Source: Anaerolineaceae bacterium
Lineage (GTDB): Bacteria; Chloroflexota; Anaerolineae; Anaerolineales; Anaerolineaceae
Reading direction: 5' to 3'
DNA: 64,000 bases
Assembly (NCBI GenBank): GCA_040767065.1
Contig: JAXGPH010000003.1
Span: forward strand, 8,686-72,685
In this document: positions 27,474-37,384 of the stretch, piece after piece
Layout: each line of letters begins with the position of its first letter
Position numbering within the stretch: position 1 is the stretch's first letter
The notes under the pieces: generated by a model
What the model saw: the letters and a program-made list of their open reading frames with translations, nothing else
What the model was told of the DNA's origin: nothing
Databases searched by the model: none
Made by a program: the position numbers and the translations under genes

Positions 27474-28747
27474 AAATACTCAATTTCATTATTAATGAAA
27501 TTTTCGGTCAAGGAGCAATTTTCCTTGCACTGATTGCCATGATCGGTTTAATTCTGCAAAAGAAACCCTTTAGCGAGATCCTACGTGGTACAGCCATGAC
27601 CGCTATTGGCTTTTTCGTTCTCACCCAAGGCACCGGTATCATTACTGGTCGCTCTATTGATGGTCTTGCCACTGCCTTCAATGCCCTCCTACCATCCGCC
27701 GCCGGAACTCCTGACATTGATATGTCAGTCTATGGTACTCAAATCGGAATTGCGATGGTGATTGGCTTCCTGATCAACCTTTTAGTCGCACGCTTCACTA
27801 AGTGGAAGAGCATCTTCCTGACCGGTCATATGCTCTATTGGTTCCCTTATGTTTTCATCGCTGCAGGTGTAGATGCCGGACTGCAAGGCACCAAGTTAGT
27901 GGTATTGGCAACAATCATGACTGGCATCTACCTGGTAGTTGCCCCCAACCTTATGAGACCACTGGTGAAAGAAGTGACGGGTGATGACAGTTTCACAATC
28001 GGTCACCCCACCACGACACTCTCAGTGATTTCTGGCTATCTCGGCAAGTTGATCGGCAATAAAGAGAAGTCGACAGAAGATATCAAATTCCCGAAGGGAT
28101 TAGGTTTTCTAAGAGAAGTTTCCATCACCGGCTCAATCGTCATCGCGCTGACTTATATCGTTATGATGTTCATTCTCAGCGCAAATGGTCTCGTTCCAGC
28201 TGACGTTTGGGGATACGCCGGCCTTAACACTGGCGCGTTTACTTACATCTTCACCAAATCTCTCTACTTTGGAGCTGGCGTTACGGTCATGCTGCTTGGT
28301 GTGCGTATGTTGATTGCTGAAATCGTGCCTGCCTTCAAAGGTATTGCCGACAAAGTTGTTCCGGGCGCTATCCCCGCACTGGACTGCCCTGTGCTCTTTA
28401 ATTACGCACCAAACGCCTTGATCATTGGCTTCATTGTGGCAATGATCACATCCACGATTACAATTATCTTGACAGCCGGAATGTTCCCAACGATCATCAT
28501 TCCGCTGACCTTCACATGCTTCTTTGAGATTGGTACAGCTGCTATCATCGGCAATGGTACCGGTGGCATTCGCGGAGCAGTGGTTGGCGCAGCGGTTTCG
28601 GGCATCATCATGGTGTTCCTGGTGGGTTTCGGTTCATACTTCTTCATGGATACCATCAACAATTGGATGCTGGTCTATGGCGGTCAGGATTTCTCGCTTT
28701 GGGGTATCATCACAGGCTCGATTGCCAGATTGCTTGCGGGCATGTAG
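27470..28747 (+). CDS. PTS EIIC component, L-ascorbate (UlaA/SgaT) family
   Basis: 425-aa polytopic membrane protein whose start overlaps the EIIB stop. The UlaA-type layout is recognised from the sequence pattern. Confidence 0.8.
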   Translation: MKILNFIINEIFGQGAIFLALIAMIGLILQKKPFSEILRGTAMTAIGFFVLTQGTGIITGRSIDGLATAFNALLPSAAGTPDIDMSVYGTQIGIAMVIGFLINLLVARFTKWKSIFLTGHMLYWFPYVFIAAGVDAGLQGTKLVVLATIMTGIYLVVAPNLMRPLVKEVTGDDSFTIGHPTTTLSVISGYLGKLIGNKEKSTEDIKFPKGLGFLREVSITGSIVIALTYIVMMFILSANGLVPADVWGYAGLNTGAFTYIFTKSLYFGAGVTVMLLGVRMLIAEIVPAFKGIADKVVPGAIPALDCPVLFNYAPNALIIGFIVAMITSTITIILTAGMFPTIIIPLTFTCFFEIGTAAIIGNGTGGIRGAVVGAAVSGIIMVFLVGFGSYFFMDTINNWMLVYGGQDFSLWGIITGSIARLLAGM

Positions 28748-28780
28748 TTTAATCCCAATCATCTAATCTATTTTGACACA

Positions 28781-28812
28781 AACCGGGTTGAGAATGTCAA
28801 TCCGGTTTTTTT
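28781..28812 (+). terminator. intrinsic terminator after the PTS EIIC gene
   Basis: aaccgg-N15-ccggtt followed by a T7 run. Confidence 0.55.
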
Positions 28813-28902
28813 GTTGGTGATTCAAGCTGATGGGAATTCCATTTGCGCAAGTATAACCTGTCAATGAAAAAAACCGCAAAATGAGATAGAATAAATTCGA
28901 CA

Positions 28903-30570
28903 ATGGAGTTTGATTTAAAGAACAAAATGACAACAACGCAACGCATCACTGATGATCTGGAGGCGATGCTGGCAGTCTTCCCTCCGGAAGTTGCTCAGGC
29001 TGTACAATCCAGAAATAATTTTGATAACCTGCTCGAGGTTATTTTGGACCTTGGGCGTAATCCAAGCGCGCGCTTTACGACTGGCGAAGTTGAACTGCTC
29101 GATAAGCCGGTAACACACGATGATCTGCAATATGTCACAGACCGCATCGGCGATTTTGATGCTGATAACAGGGCAGGTCTGGAACGCACGCTGCACCGTA
29201 TTTCTGCCATTCGCAATCGCCGCGGCAAAGTCGTCGGTCTCACCTGCCGGGTAGGGCGGGCCGTTTATGGCACGATCGAGATCATTGAAGACCTGGTTGA
29301 ATCAGGTCAGAGCATTCTGATCCTGGGTAAACCCGGCGTAGGCAAGACCACCATGCTGCGCGAAGCTGCCCGAATCCTGGCGCAAAAGCACCGCGTGGTG
29401 ATCGTGGATACCTCAAACGAAATCGGTGGGGATGGAGACGTGCCGCATCCTGCGGTTGGACAGGCTCGGCGCATGCAGGTGCCAAAGCCCTCACTGCAGC
29501 ATGAAGTCATGATCGAAGCGGTAGAAAACCACAACCCGGAAGTGATCGTGATTGACGAGATCGGGCGCGAACTCGAGGCGCTTGCCGCCCGCACGATCGC
29601 GGAACGCGGCGTGCAGCTGATAGGAACCGCGCACGGCAATGGTCTTGAGAACCTGTTGCTGAACCCGACCCTTTCAGACCTTGTCGGTGGTATCGAATCG
29701 GTTACGCTCTCTGATGATGAAGCCCGGCGGCGGGGCACCCAAAAAACGGTGCTGGAACGTCGTTCTCCTCCAACCTTCACGGTTTTGGTCGAAATTATCG
29801 ATCGACAGCATGTGGCAGTTCATCGGGATGTCGCCAGCTCTGTGGATGCGATCCTGCGCGGTTATCCTATGCTGCCAGAGGAACGCTATCGGGACGAGTA
29901 TGGGAAGGTTCACATCGTCAAGACAACCAAACCAAATATGCCCACAGTCTCGCAGTCCCTGCGGCGTGGCAATAACAGGGAGACGGCTCCCTTCCAGCGC
30001 AATGGAGGGCAGGCAGTCACTCAAAACAAACAGCATGCCCAACGCTACAGCGAGATAAATGAGATCCGCGACGAGCTGGGCGGCATCGGTGACATCACAA
30101 TCCCCATAGAAAAGCGGATTTACCCGGTTGGCGTTCCTCGAAGCCGTTTGATTCAATCGGTTAGGGAGCTTGGTGTTCCGGCAGTGGTGGTTAAGGATCT
30201 CAAGGAAGCCGATATCCTGGTAACCCAACGTCGATACTACCGCGACCGGCTTCAACCGATCGTTGAAGCTGAGGAATGCGGCATCCCTGTCTTTGTGGTC
30301 AAGTCGAATTCGATTGGTCAGATCGAACAATTTTTGGCAGACTCGTTCCCAGGGCAGCTTACCATCCGCAGGGAGAGAATCTCATCTGAGGGGATTGAAC
30401 AAGCCATGCAAGCGATCGAAGATCTTGAGGAAGGTCAGAAATATGTTGACCTTCAACCTGCCCCTGCCTCTGTACGCCGCCAACAGCACGAAATTGCACG
30501 TCAGGCGCACCTTGTCTCGGAATCTTATGGAAAGGATCCCAATCGTTTCGTACGAATTTTTCGGGATTAA
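28903..30570 (+). CDS. R3H-domain AAA ATPase (Ycf45 / SpoIIIAA-like)
   Basis: Walker A GKPGVGKTT, VVIVDTSNEIGGDGDVPHPAVG, Walker B VIVIDEIG, GTAHGN. The C-terminal region has the R3H-type nucleic-acid-binding layout. Confidence 0.75.
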   Translation: MEFDLKNKMTTTQRITDDLEAMLAVFPPEVAQAVQSRNNFDNLLEVILDLGRNPSARFTTGEVELLDKPVTHDDLQYVTDRIGDFDADNRAGLERTLHRISAIRNRRGKVVGLTCRVGRAVYGTIEIIEDLVESGQSILILGKPGVGKTTMLREAARILAQKHRVVIVDTSNEIGGDGDVPHPAVGQARRMQVPKPSLQHEVMIEAVENHNPEVIVIDEIGRELEALAARTIAERGVQLIGTAHGNGLENLLLNPTLSDLVGGIESVTLSDDEARRRGTQKTVLERRSPPTFTVLVEIIDRQHVAVHRDVASSVDAILRGYPMLPEERYRDEYGKVHIVKTTKPNMPTVSQSLRRGNNRETAPFQRNGGQAVTQNKQHAQRYSEINEIRDELGGIGDITIPIEKRIYPVGVPRSRLIQSVRELGVPAVVVKDLKEADILVTQRRYYRDRLQPIVEAEECGIPVFVVKSNSIGQIEQFLADSFPGQLTIRRERISSEGIEQAMQAIEDLEEGQKYVDLQPAPASVRRQQHEIARQAHLVSESYGKDPNRFVRIFRD

Positions 30571-30573
30571 TCC

Positions 30574-31194
30574 ATGTTTATCACCCTTGAAGGTCCGGAA
30601 GGCAGCGGCAAGAGTACCCAAATCAAGCGTTTAGCGAAACACCTTGAAGAAATTGGATATTCGGTCATTACGACGCGTGAACCCGGAGGCACTCCAATCG
30701 GCGATCAGATCCGTCAGGTTCTGGTACGAATGGAAAACAAAGAGCTTCATCCTCGCACCGAAATGCTACTCTTTCTGGCAGCCCGCGCGCAGCTGGTTGA
30801 ACAAGTGATCAAGCCTGCTCTTCAGGAGGGTAAAATCATACTTTGTGATCGTTATGGCGATTCGACTCTTGCTTACCAGGGATACGGGCATGGGTTGGAT
30901 TTGGAACAGTTGCACCAGATGCTTGATTTCGCGACGGATCACCTCAAACCCGATCTGACAATTCTGTTGGACCTGGATGTGAAAACTGGTTTGATGCGAA
31001 AGAAGGCTAAAGATGAGTGGAACCGACTGGATGCTTATGAAGCCCTGTTCCACGAACGTGTGCGTGAGGGCTATCTGCGATTAGCGCGGGAAGAACCCGA
31101 ACGCTGGCGAATAGTGGACGCTTCGCAAGCGATTGACGCCGTCCAGGAAGATCTTTTCCAGATTATCCTCGATGCACTAACAAACCATCAATGA
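30574..31194 (+). CDS. tmk: dTMP kinase
   Basis: MFITLEGPEGSGKSTQ P-loop, TREPGGT, DRY motif. Confidence 0.9.
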   Translation: MFITLEGPEGSGKSTQIKRLAKHLEEIGYSVITTREPGGTPIGDQIRQVLVRMENKELHPRTEMLLFLAARAQLVEQVIKPALQEGKIILCDRYGDSTLAYQGYGHGLDLEQLHQMLDFATDHLKPDLTILLDLDVKTGLMRKKAKDEWNRLDAYEALFHERVREGYLRLAREEPERWRIVDASQAIDAVQEDLFQIILDALTNHQ

Positions 31195-31237
31195 ACAACT
31201 GACCTGTCGAAGCAGGTTCGGATGAAAGGATATCAGA

Positions 31238-32563
31238 ATGAAAAAAGTTACAAAATTTGTTTTGTTTTTTCTGGTGGCAGCATTAACGTTAAGTGCTTGT
31301 AAAGTTGCTACTATTACCCCTCCCCCGGTGGAACCGACAGCTACGGTGCAGGAAACTGAACCAGCCACCGAAGTAGTCGCTGAGCCGACAGAAGACCTGA
31401 CTCCTCAGCCGACTGCTGACACCCGTCTGATTGGCGACGATGGCAAAATGGTTTGCACTATCGTTGAGCCGCTTTTCAGCGAGTTGACACCGGAACAAGA
31501 AGCCCAACTGGCGGTCTTTCCGCCAGTTTCGGAAGCAGACTGGATCAAGGGCCCTGAAGACGCCTTGATTACCATCATTGAGTACACAGAATTCCAATGC
31601 CCGTACTGTGCCATGGCTTACCAGGAATTAGAAAAGCTGATGGATATGTATCCTGAAGATGTGCGCCTGGTATACCGCCCTTATCCGCTTATCAGTATCC
31701 ATCCCAACTCCCAGCTGGCAGCTCAGGCTGCCGAAGCTGCTGGTCTGCAGGGTAAATTCTGGGAGATGTATTCCAATCTCTTTGATAAACAAAGCGAATG
31801 GATCGATCTCTCAGAAGAAGATTTCCTGACATGGCTGGCTGCCGAAGCAACAACGCTTGGTCTGGACGAAGCGCAATTCTCACAGGACACGGTCAGTGAT
31901 TCTGTCAGGGAAAAGATCCAGAGCAGTATGGACTATTGTGCAAGCATCGGCATGAATTCCGTCCCGACGGTGCTCATCAATGGTCGCCCAATCAGCAATT
32001 GGTACGCCTCTGGCATCAAGCCCATCATCGAGGTTGTCAAGGTTGAAGACAGTCTGATGAAAGAATGCCCTCCTTGGGTGATTGACGTGGAGAAGACCTA
32101 CACAGCCACCATTAAGACCGAAAAAGGCGACCTGGTTGTGGAACTTTTCCCCAAGGAAGCCCCTTTGGCAGTCAACTCCTTTGTTTACCTGGCGCGTGAA
32201 GGCTTTTATGATGGGGTGACTTTCCATCGTGTCTATCATGACTTTATGGCGCAAACTGGCGACCCAACTGGCACAGGTTGGTCTGGTGCTGGCTATCAGT
32301 ATCGTGAAGAGATCGTGGATGATCTGACCTTTGACGAACCTTACATGGTTGGTGTTGCACGTGGGCAGCAAGCTGGTACCAGTGGCAGCCAGTTCTTTAT
32401 TACGTACGTTCCCTACCCATCGCTGAACGGTTTGTACACGATCTTCGGCAAGCTGGTGGATGGTGTGGACGTGCTCGAGCAAATTACAGAACGCGATGCA
32501 GATCAGAATCCGGACGCGCCGGCGGGGGATAAGATCATCAGCATCACCATCAACGAAAAATGA
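31238..32563 (+). CDS. lipoprotein fusing a DsbA-like thioredoxin domain to a cyclophilin-type peptidyl-prolyl isomerase
   Basis: Lipobox LTLSAC. CPYC active site in IIEYTEFQCPYCA. The C-terminal half has FHRVYHDFMAQTGDPTGTGWSGAGYQY and GTSGSQFFITY, which are cyclophilin signatures. Confidence 0.75.
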   Translation: MKKVTKFVLFFLVAALTLSACKVATITPPPVEPTATVQETEPATEVVAEPTEDLTPQPTADTRLIGDDGKMVCTIVEPLFSELTPEQEAQLAVFPPVSEADWIKGPEDALITIIEYTEFQCPYCAMAYQELEKLMDMYPEDVRLVYRPYPLISIHPNSQLAAQAAEAAGLQGKFWEMYSNLFDKQSEWIDLSEEDFLTWLAAEATTLGLDEAQFSQDTVSDSVREKIQSSMDYCASIGMNSVPTVLINGRPISNWYASGIKPIIEVVKVEDSLMKECPPWVIDVEKTYTATIKTEKGDLVVELFPKEAPLAVNSFVYLAREGFYDGVTFHRVYHDFMAQTGDPTGTGWSGAGYQYREEIVDDLTFDEPYMVGVARGQQAGTSGSQFFITYVPYPSLNGLYTIFGKLVDGVDVLEQITERDADQNPDAPAGDKIISITINEK

Positions 32564-32692
32564 GCCTGGTCCTCGTATCTTGGTCTCGTAGTGCTGTTTG
32601 TGGGTATGCCGCCAGTCTTCTTGCGCTTATTGAATAAGGCGCGTACAACGATGGAAACTCCTGTTTATATCACTCAAATGGGAGGTTAGACC

Positions 32693-33367
32693 ATGGATCG
32701 ACAGCGGATGATGAAAATCTTACATCACCTGGCCGATCGCCTGGTAAACCTTAAGATCGTGGGTGCAGAAAACGTGCAGGATGGAATTCCATACGTGCTT
32801 GCCACCAATCACATCAGCCGGCTTGATTTACCCTTCCTGATGCTTTCAACCCACCGGCAGGATGTTATTGCCATGGTAGCCAGAGAATACGAAAAAGCGC
32901 CTTTTTTTGGATGGTTTTTGAATAAACTTGGCGTGATTTGGATCTCACGTGGTGGATACGACCTTGGTGCGTTTCGTGAAGCTTCAAACAGGTTAAAAAA
33001 GGGTTGGATTGTGGGAATCGCCCCGGAAGGAACCCGCTCTAAAACCCGTCAACTTTTGCAGGGCAAACCGGGGGCGTCTTTGCTGGCGATTCGCAATCAT
33101 GTCCAGGTGATCCCTGCGGCAGTACTTGGTACGACCGAGGTAATGCAGAGCATTTTACGTCTGAAGAAAGCACAGATCGAAGTGCGTTTTGGAAAACCCT
33201 TTATGCTGTCTCCAACAAGTGATGAGCGCACAAACAAAAACCGCCTGCAGCAGGCAACCGATGAAATCATGTGCCGCATTGCTTTGCTGCTCCCCGAAGA
33301 ATGCCGCGGGTTTTATGCAAACCATCCACACCTGCTGGAATTGCAGGCTGAACAAAACCAACTTTAA
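32693..33367 (+). CDS. plsC: 1-acyl-sn-glycerol-3-phosphate acyltransferase family protein
   Basis: HX4D motif NHISRLD and PEGTRS motif. Confidence 0.75.
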   Translation: MDRQRMMKILHHLADRLVNLKIVGAENVQDGIPYVLATNHISRLDLPFLMLSTHRQDVIAMVAREYEKAPFFGWFLNKLGVIWISRGGYDLGAFREASNRLKKGWIVGIAPEGTRSKTRQLLQGKPGASLLAIRNHVQVIPAAVLGTTEVMQSILRLKKAQIEVRFGKPFMLSPTSDERTNKNRLQQATDEIMCRIALLLPEECRGFYANHPHLLELQAEQNQL

Positions 33368-33399
33368 TTATTTGAAATCTTCTCAGAGGGAGAACTGTA

Positions 33400-34083
33400 A
33401 TGATCCCAATTCGTGATGAAATAGAGACTCACCAAACCCCATTTGTTAATTATGGTTTGATTCTGATAAACGTAGTGGTCTTTTTGCTGACTTATGTCCT
33501 TAACACAGACCTTGAAGACGTTTATTTGAAATTTGCTTTCTTTCCAAACGAGATCAGTCAGGGGCTCGATTTAGGTGATGTGCGCAGTATTCTGACCAGC
33601 ATGTTCATGCACTTAGGTTGGGTGCACCTGCTGGGCAACATGCTCTATCTTTGGATCTTTGGCGATAACATCGAAGACAGGCTGGGTCACATCAATTATT
33701 TGATCTTTTACCTGGCAGGTGGTGTTTTCGCTGCCTTTGTTCATTACCTCACCAATCCAACGTCAACCATTCCAACTGTGGGTGCCAGCGGTGCCATAGC
33801 CGCCGTGTTGGGGGCTTACCTCGTGTTCTACCCACACAGCCGCGTCTTTACATTTATCCCGCTAGGTTGTTTTATCCGCCTAACGCTTATTCCTGCAGTT
33901 GTAATATTGAGTTTGTGGTTTATTCTTCAACTTTTTAGTGGTGTTGGCTCGCTCGGATTAGGTGACCAAGGCGGCACTGCTTATTGGGCGCATATCGGTG
34001 GCTTTATTTTTGGTCTCCTGGCAGGCCGCCTGTTCAAAAAGAGCGGACGCAAGCCCGTGCCCGCTCCGCCCAGCTGGAATTAA
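33400..34083 (+). CDS. rhomboid family intramembrane serine protease
   Basis: HLGWVHLLGNMLYLWIFGDNIE, catalytic GASGAI, and the downstream AHIGG His. Confidence 0.85.
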   Translation: MIPIRDEIETHQTPFVNYGLILINVVVFLLTYVLNTDLEDVYLKFAFFPNEISQGLDLGDVRSILTSMFMHLGWVHLLGNMLYLWIFGDNIEDRLGHINYLIFYLAGGVFAAFVHYLTNPTSTIPTVGASGAIAAVLGAYLVFYPHSRVFTFIPLGCFIRLTLIPAVVILSLWFILQLFSGVGSLGLGDQGGTAYWAHIGGFIFGLLAGRLFKKSGRKPVPAPPSWN

Positions 34084-34205
34084 GAAAAGCAAGGGAATCG
34101 GTTGGTAATATTATTACAACTAGTTCTCTCGTTCAAATATGGGTTTGAAATAGGCGATAGAATTAAGTAAATTAGTCTAATGAACAATAAAGGGTTAGTG
34201 ATTTT

Positions 34206-35006
34206 ATGACGAATGTCACGATTAGCATTATTACTTGCACCTTCAACAGCGAAAAGTACTTGCGAAACGCCTTGCAAAGTGTTGAAACCCAAACCTACCA
34301 GAAAATAGAACATATCATTAATGATGCATATTCGACCGACTCCACTCTGGACATTATTCGGGAGTATATGGAACGGAACAAAAATCGATATGCGATTAAA
34401 TTCATTCAATCGGAACCCAAGGGGGTTGGCAACGCGTTAAATATCGCAACCCGAGAAGCAACGGGCGAAGTGATCCATTATTTACATTCAGATGATTACT
34501 ACAAGAATCATACCTCGCTGGAGAAAGTGGCAGAAATTTTCAGTAAATATCCGGATCTGGTTTGGCTTACAGGCAACTTTTTAATCGAATTGGCAGGAAG
34601 AAAAATCGTCATTCCACAAACCCACCTGCTACGGAAGAAGCCAGAAGTAGCACTTTCTGTCATGAATATTATCTCACACGAAAATACTTTTATGAAGACC
34701 GAATATGTTCAAAACTATGGCGCATTTAACGAGGGGAAAAATGAAGTTGTGGAATACAGTTTATGGCTCAACCTTATCAAAGACATAAAGCCACTTGTCA
34801 TCGATGATGAATTTACTGTCTTTGTCATCCATAAGGGAAGTACCTCAACCGGTAGTATTCTAAAATTCGCAAAGGCAGTGATAAGAGCTTTCCGCACTCA
34901 GAGGAAGGAAAAGGTCTTTCCTTTAATTGGATACTATGCTAACAAGCGTGTTTATATCCTAACCAAATCAATCTTGAGGAAAGTAGCAAAATTAACCACG
35001 ATTTGA
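34206..35006 (+). CDS. glycosyltransferase family 2
   Basis: ISIITCTFNSEKYLRNALQSVETQTY..IINDAYSTD and HSDD motifs. It is visibly more AT-rich than its neighbours. Confidence 0.8.
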   Translation: MTNVTISIITCTFNSEKYLRNALQSVETQTYQKIEHIINDAYSTDSTLDIIREYMERNKNRYAIKFIQSEPKGVGNALNIATREATGEVIHYLHSDDYYKNHTSLEKVAEIFSKYPDLVWLTGNFLIELAGRKIVIPQTHLLRKKPEVALSVMNIISHENTFMKTEYVQNYGAFNEGKNEVVEYSLWLNLIKDIKPLVIDDEFTVFVIHKGSTSTGSILKFAKAVIRAFRTQRKEKVFPLIGYYANKRVYILTKSILRKVAKLTTI

Positions 35007-35129
35007 GCACTCTTCAATCGTGACCAAACAAGGTTTTCGACCGCCATTATTCAAGGTGCCTGCTTGCTCTCTGCAGTGACCTGTGCCCCTAAGCCTTTTA
35101 CACCAATAATTCCTGGATGTTTCCGACTG

Positions 35130-35444
35130 TTTCCAGCCCGCTTTGTTGTTTTTGAAGCTGCGATCCAATTCGCTCGGGCTAAATATATTGTTCCAGCGCC
35201 CGAATCCGCTCATGCCATCTGCACGGTTATCGATGAAACCATCGAGGTGCGCGAGAAGAGCGAAAAACGAGTGATCCTCTTCAATCTTTCCTGCCGCGGA
35301 CTTCTTGAACTTTCTGCTTATGACCAATATCTGCATAATGGCATGATCAACGGCAATGTATCTGATGATCAGCTTGAAGTGCCCTTTAAGCGTTTACCAA
35401 AGGGCAATTTTCCAGGCTTAGGCAGACTGTTAAACAAGGTTTAG
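35130..35444 (+). pseudogene. C-terminal remnant of a TrpB-like (tryptophan synthase beta type 2) PLP enzyme
   Basis: FEAAIQFARAKYIVPAPESAHAICTVIDETIEVREKSEKRVILFNLSCRGLLELSAYDQYL matches only the last ~100 aa of TrpB2-type proteins. No N-terminal part is present upstream. Confidence 0.5.
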
Positions 35445-35910
35445 AGGTAAGGTTCTGCCGCAAGCATTTATGCTTAGTGTAAGAAACGCATGCGCGAGAT
35501 TACAACTCACAACTTGTGTCATAACTGGTGTCATAACTGGCGGCTTTTTCTAATCTTTTGCTCTTTTCGATGAAAAGGTCACAACCCAGGACGAAACCCG
35601 CTTAATCAAAGGTGGCTGCAGACAATTTGCAATCACTCAATGCCCGATTTACTGAATGCAAGATAGCCAGGCTCATTACGGTTTGGTCTTCAACCACACC
35701 GGCTAAAAGGGTGGGCTCTTCTTTTATCCGATTTTGTCCATTCATAATCAGATAGTTTTCTCCCATTGCCATCGCCATTTTTCGGAATGGTCGATTTTGA
35801 ACGACTTTTGGTCCATATTGGAGTACGGTTTTTAAAAGCCTCTTTCAATTTCTGACTCAGCTTCTTAAAAATTGCTCCCATATCAACTGCCCCCTCTGAG
35901 GGTTGAACTC

Positions 35911-36459
35911 TTAGCGCTCGATTCCATCTCGGGCCTGGACGCCCTTCTGGTAGTAGTGCTTCACCTCTACCATCTCCGTCACCAGATCCGCCGCGGCGAT
36001 AACTTCAGGTGGCGCATATCGCCCGGTGAGGATGAGTTCCACGCCATCGGGCTTGTAGGCGATGATCTCCAGCATGTCTTCCAACGAAACCAAGTGGAAG
36101 TAGTGAGCCGTGTTGATCTCGTCGAGCACCACGATGTCGTATTCGCCGGAGAGCATGGACTTCTTTGCCCGCCTTAATCCTTCTTGGGCCATTTGAATGT
36201 CCTCCTCCCTGGGGGGATTATGGACGTGAATCCAGTCAGGCTTGCCATACTGTTCGATGGTAATGTAAGGCTGCACCATCTTCACCGCTTCAAGTTCGCC
36301 GTAATGCTGACCTTTCATGAATTGCCCGATGTAGCTTTTCAACCCATGGCCGGCAGCTCTGAAAGCCAGCCCCAGGGCAGCGGTCGTCTTGCCCTTGCAA
36401 TTCCCGGTGTAGACCTGCACGTAGCCCTTTCCTAACAGACCCGATGTGTTGGATGTCAT
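35911..36459 (-). CDS. cobO: cob(I)yrinic acid a,c-diamide adenosyltransferase
   Basis: GYVQVYTGNCKGKTTAALGLAFRAAGHG, QFMKG and VVLDEIN are typical of CobO/BtuR. Confidence 0.85.
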   Translation of the reverse strand: MTSNTSGLLGKGYVQVYTGNCKGKTTAALGLAFRAAGHGLKSYIGQFMKGQHYGELEAVKMVQPYITIEQYGKPDWIHVHNPPREEDIQMAQEGLRRAKKSMLSGEYDIVVLDEINTAHYFHLVSLEDMLEIIAYKPDGVELILTGRYAPPEVIAAADLVTEMVEVKHYYQKGVQARDGIER

Positions 36460-36831
36460 TGATGCCTTCTTTGCAGATCGGCCTCACAAAAAATAACCGA
36501 AATTCCGCGTGTAATAAAATTTACCAACAAATTCACCCCAGAAAGGTGACAGTTGTGTTTGACCTCATTTAAGTTTAGCATGGTTTTCTCCGTTGTCCAT
36601 CGATTTTAGTGACCCATTTCATAAAATGGATGTAGAAAAAGAGATTTCCCGGCTATGCTTAAATAAAGATAACAAATTAGGAAATAAAAATGTATTTTTC
36701 AAGAAAACTTCAATATTATTCACCACACCCTGCATATCCAACTTTCAATGGTTGGTATTTATTTTGTCAGGGCAATTCGATTTCTGTCAATTCGATAACC
36801 GCCAAAATTGACTTATTCCTGCCACTAATTC

Positions 36832-37205
36832 CTGTCAAGGCAACTTAGAAATGTCCTATTCGGTTGATAAAGTGTTCAGTACAGGTTTGCCATTTATCTT
36901 TTTTCCATAGGTCCTCCAAGGATGGTCATAAGCAGGCGGCAACGGGTTTGGACTCTCTGATTTGGAAGAGACAACCGCATCTTGCTTGGATCTTTGCTTC
37001 ACAGAACGGTTGTATTTGCCAGATCCCCGTTTCTTCGTAGTGGCAAGCCCCGTGCCGGTGTAGTGGCAGGCCCCCGTGCCGGTGTAGTGGCAACCCCCGT
37101 GCCGGCGTAGTGGCAGGCCCCCGTGCCTGCCATTTGGACCAGACGAAAAGCGGTCAACCATACCAATTTGATATTTTTGAAAGAACCATTAGTCCCTGTC
37201 AATTC
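36832..37205 (-). repeat. family-B intergenic element, copy B3 (about 4.5 internal units)
   Basis: Near-identical to B1 apart from the number of 23-24 bp units (unit starts at 37037, 37060, 37084, 37107). ctgtcaattc occurs at 36785-36794 and at 37196-37205. Confidence 0.6.
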
Positions 37206-37384
37206 AACTTATGTCAAGAAAAGAAAATTCCAGACAGAGGGTATCGTAGTGCAGAACAGCAGCATTTATAGTATAATAGGTTACTGGCGTTTAGGAAGCA
37301 GCAGGCTTTCGAGGCGCGTTTTGTATTAACCCAACCTGGTCCGGGGTTTGGGATTTTAGTGAACGTATTAAGGAATTTTATAAT

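Noticed and set aside
35690-35881. 63-aa ORF downstream of cobO, and an alternative-frame 55-aa ORF ending near 35600. The direct repeat tgtcataactgg x2 at about 35517-35540 lies in the same region.
   Set aside because: No recognisable motif and no clear RBS, and the sense changes with frame. It may be a gene fossil, but I cannot support a call.
36460-36600. Looked for a cobalamin riboswitch upstream of cobO.
   Set aside because: I could read no B12-box (GCCACTG-like core) or the surrounding conserved stems on the minus strand.
37037-37130. The 23-24 bp tandem units in the family-B elements (also 26770-26850 and 16400-16450) could be mistaken for a small CRISPR array.
   Set aside because: The units are directly adjacent with no spacers. 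They number only 1.5 to 4.5, no cas genes are present, and the same units sit inside a larger conserved element.
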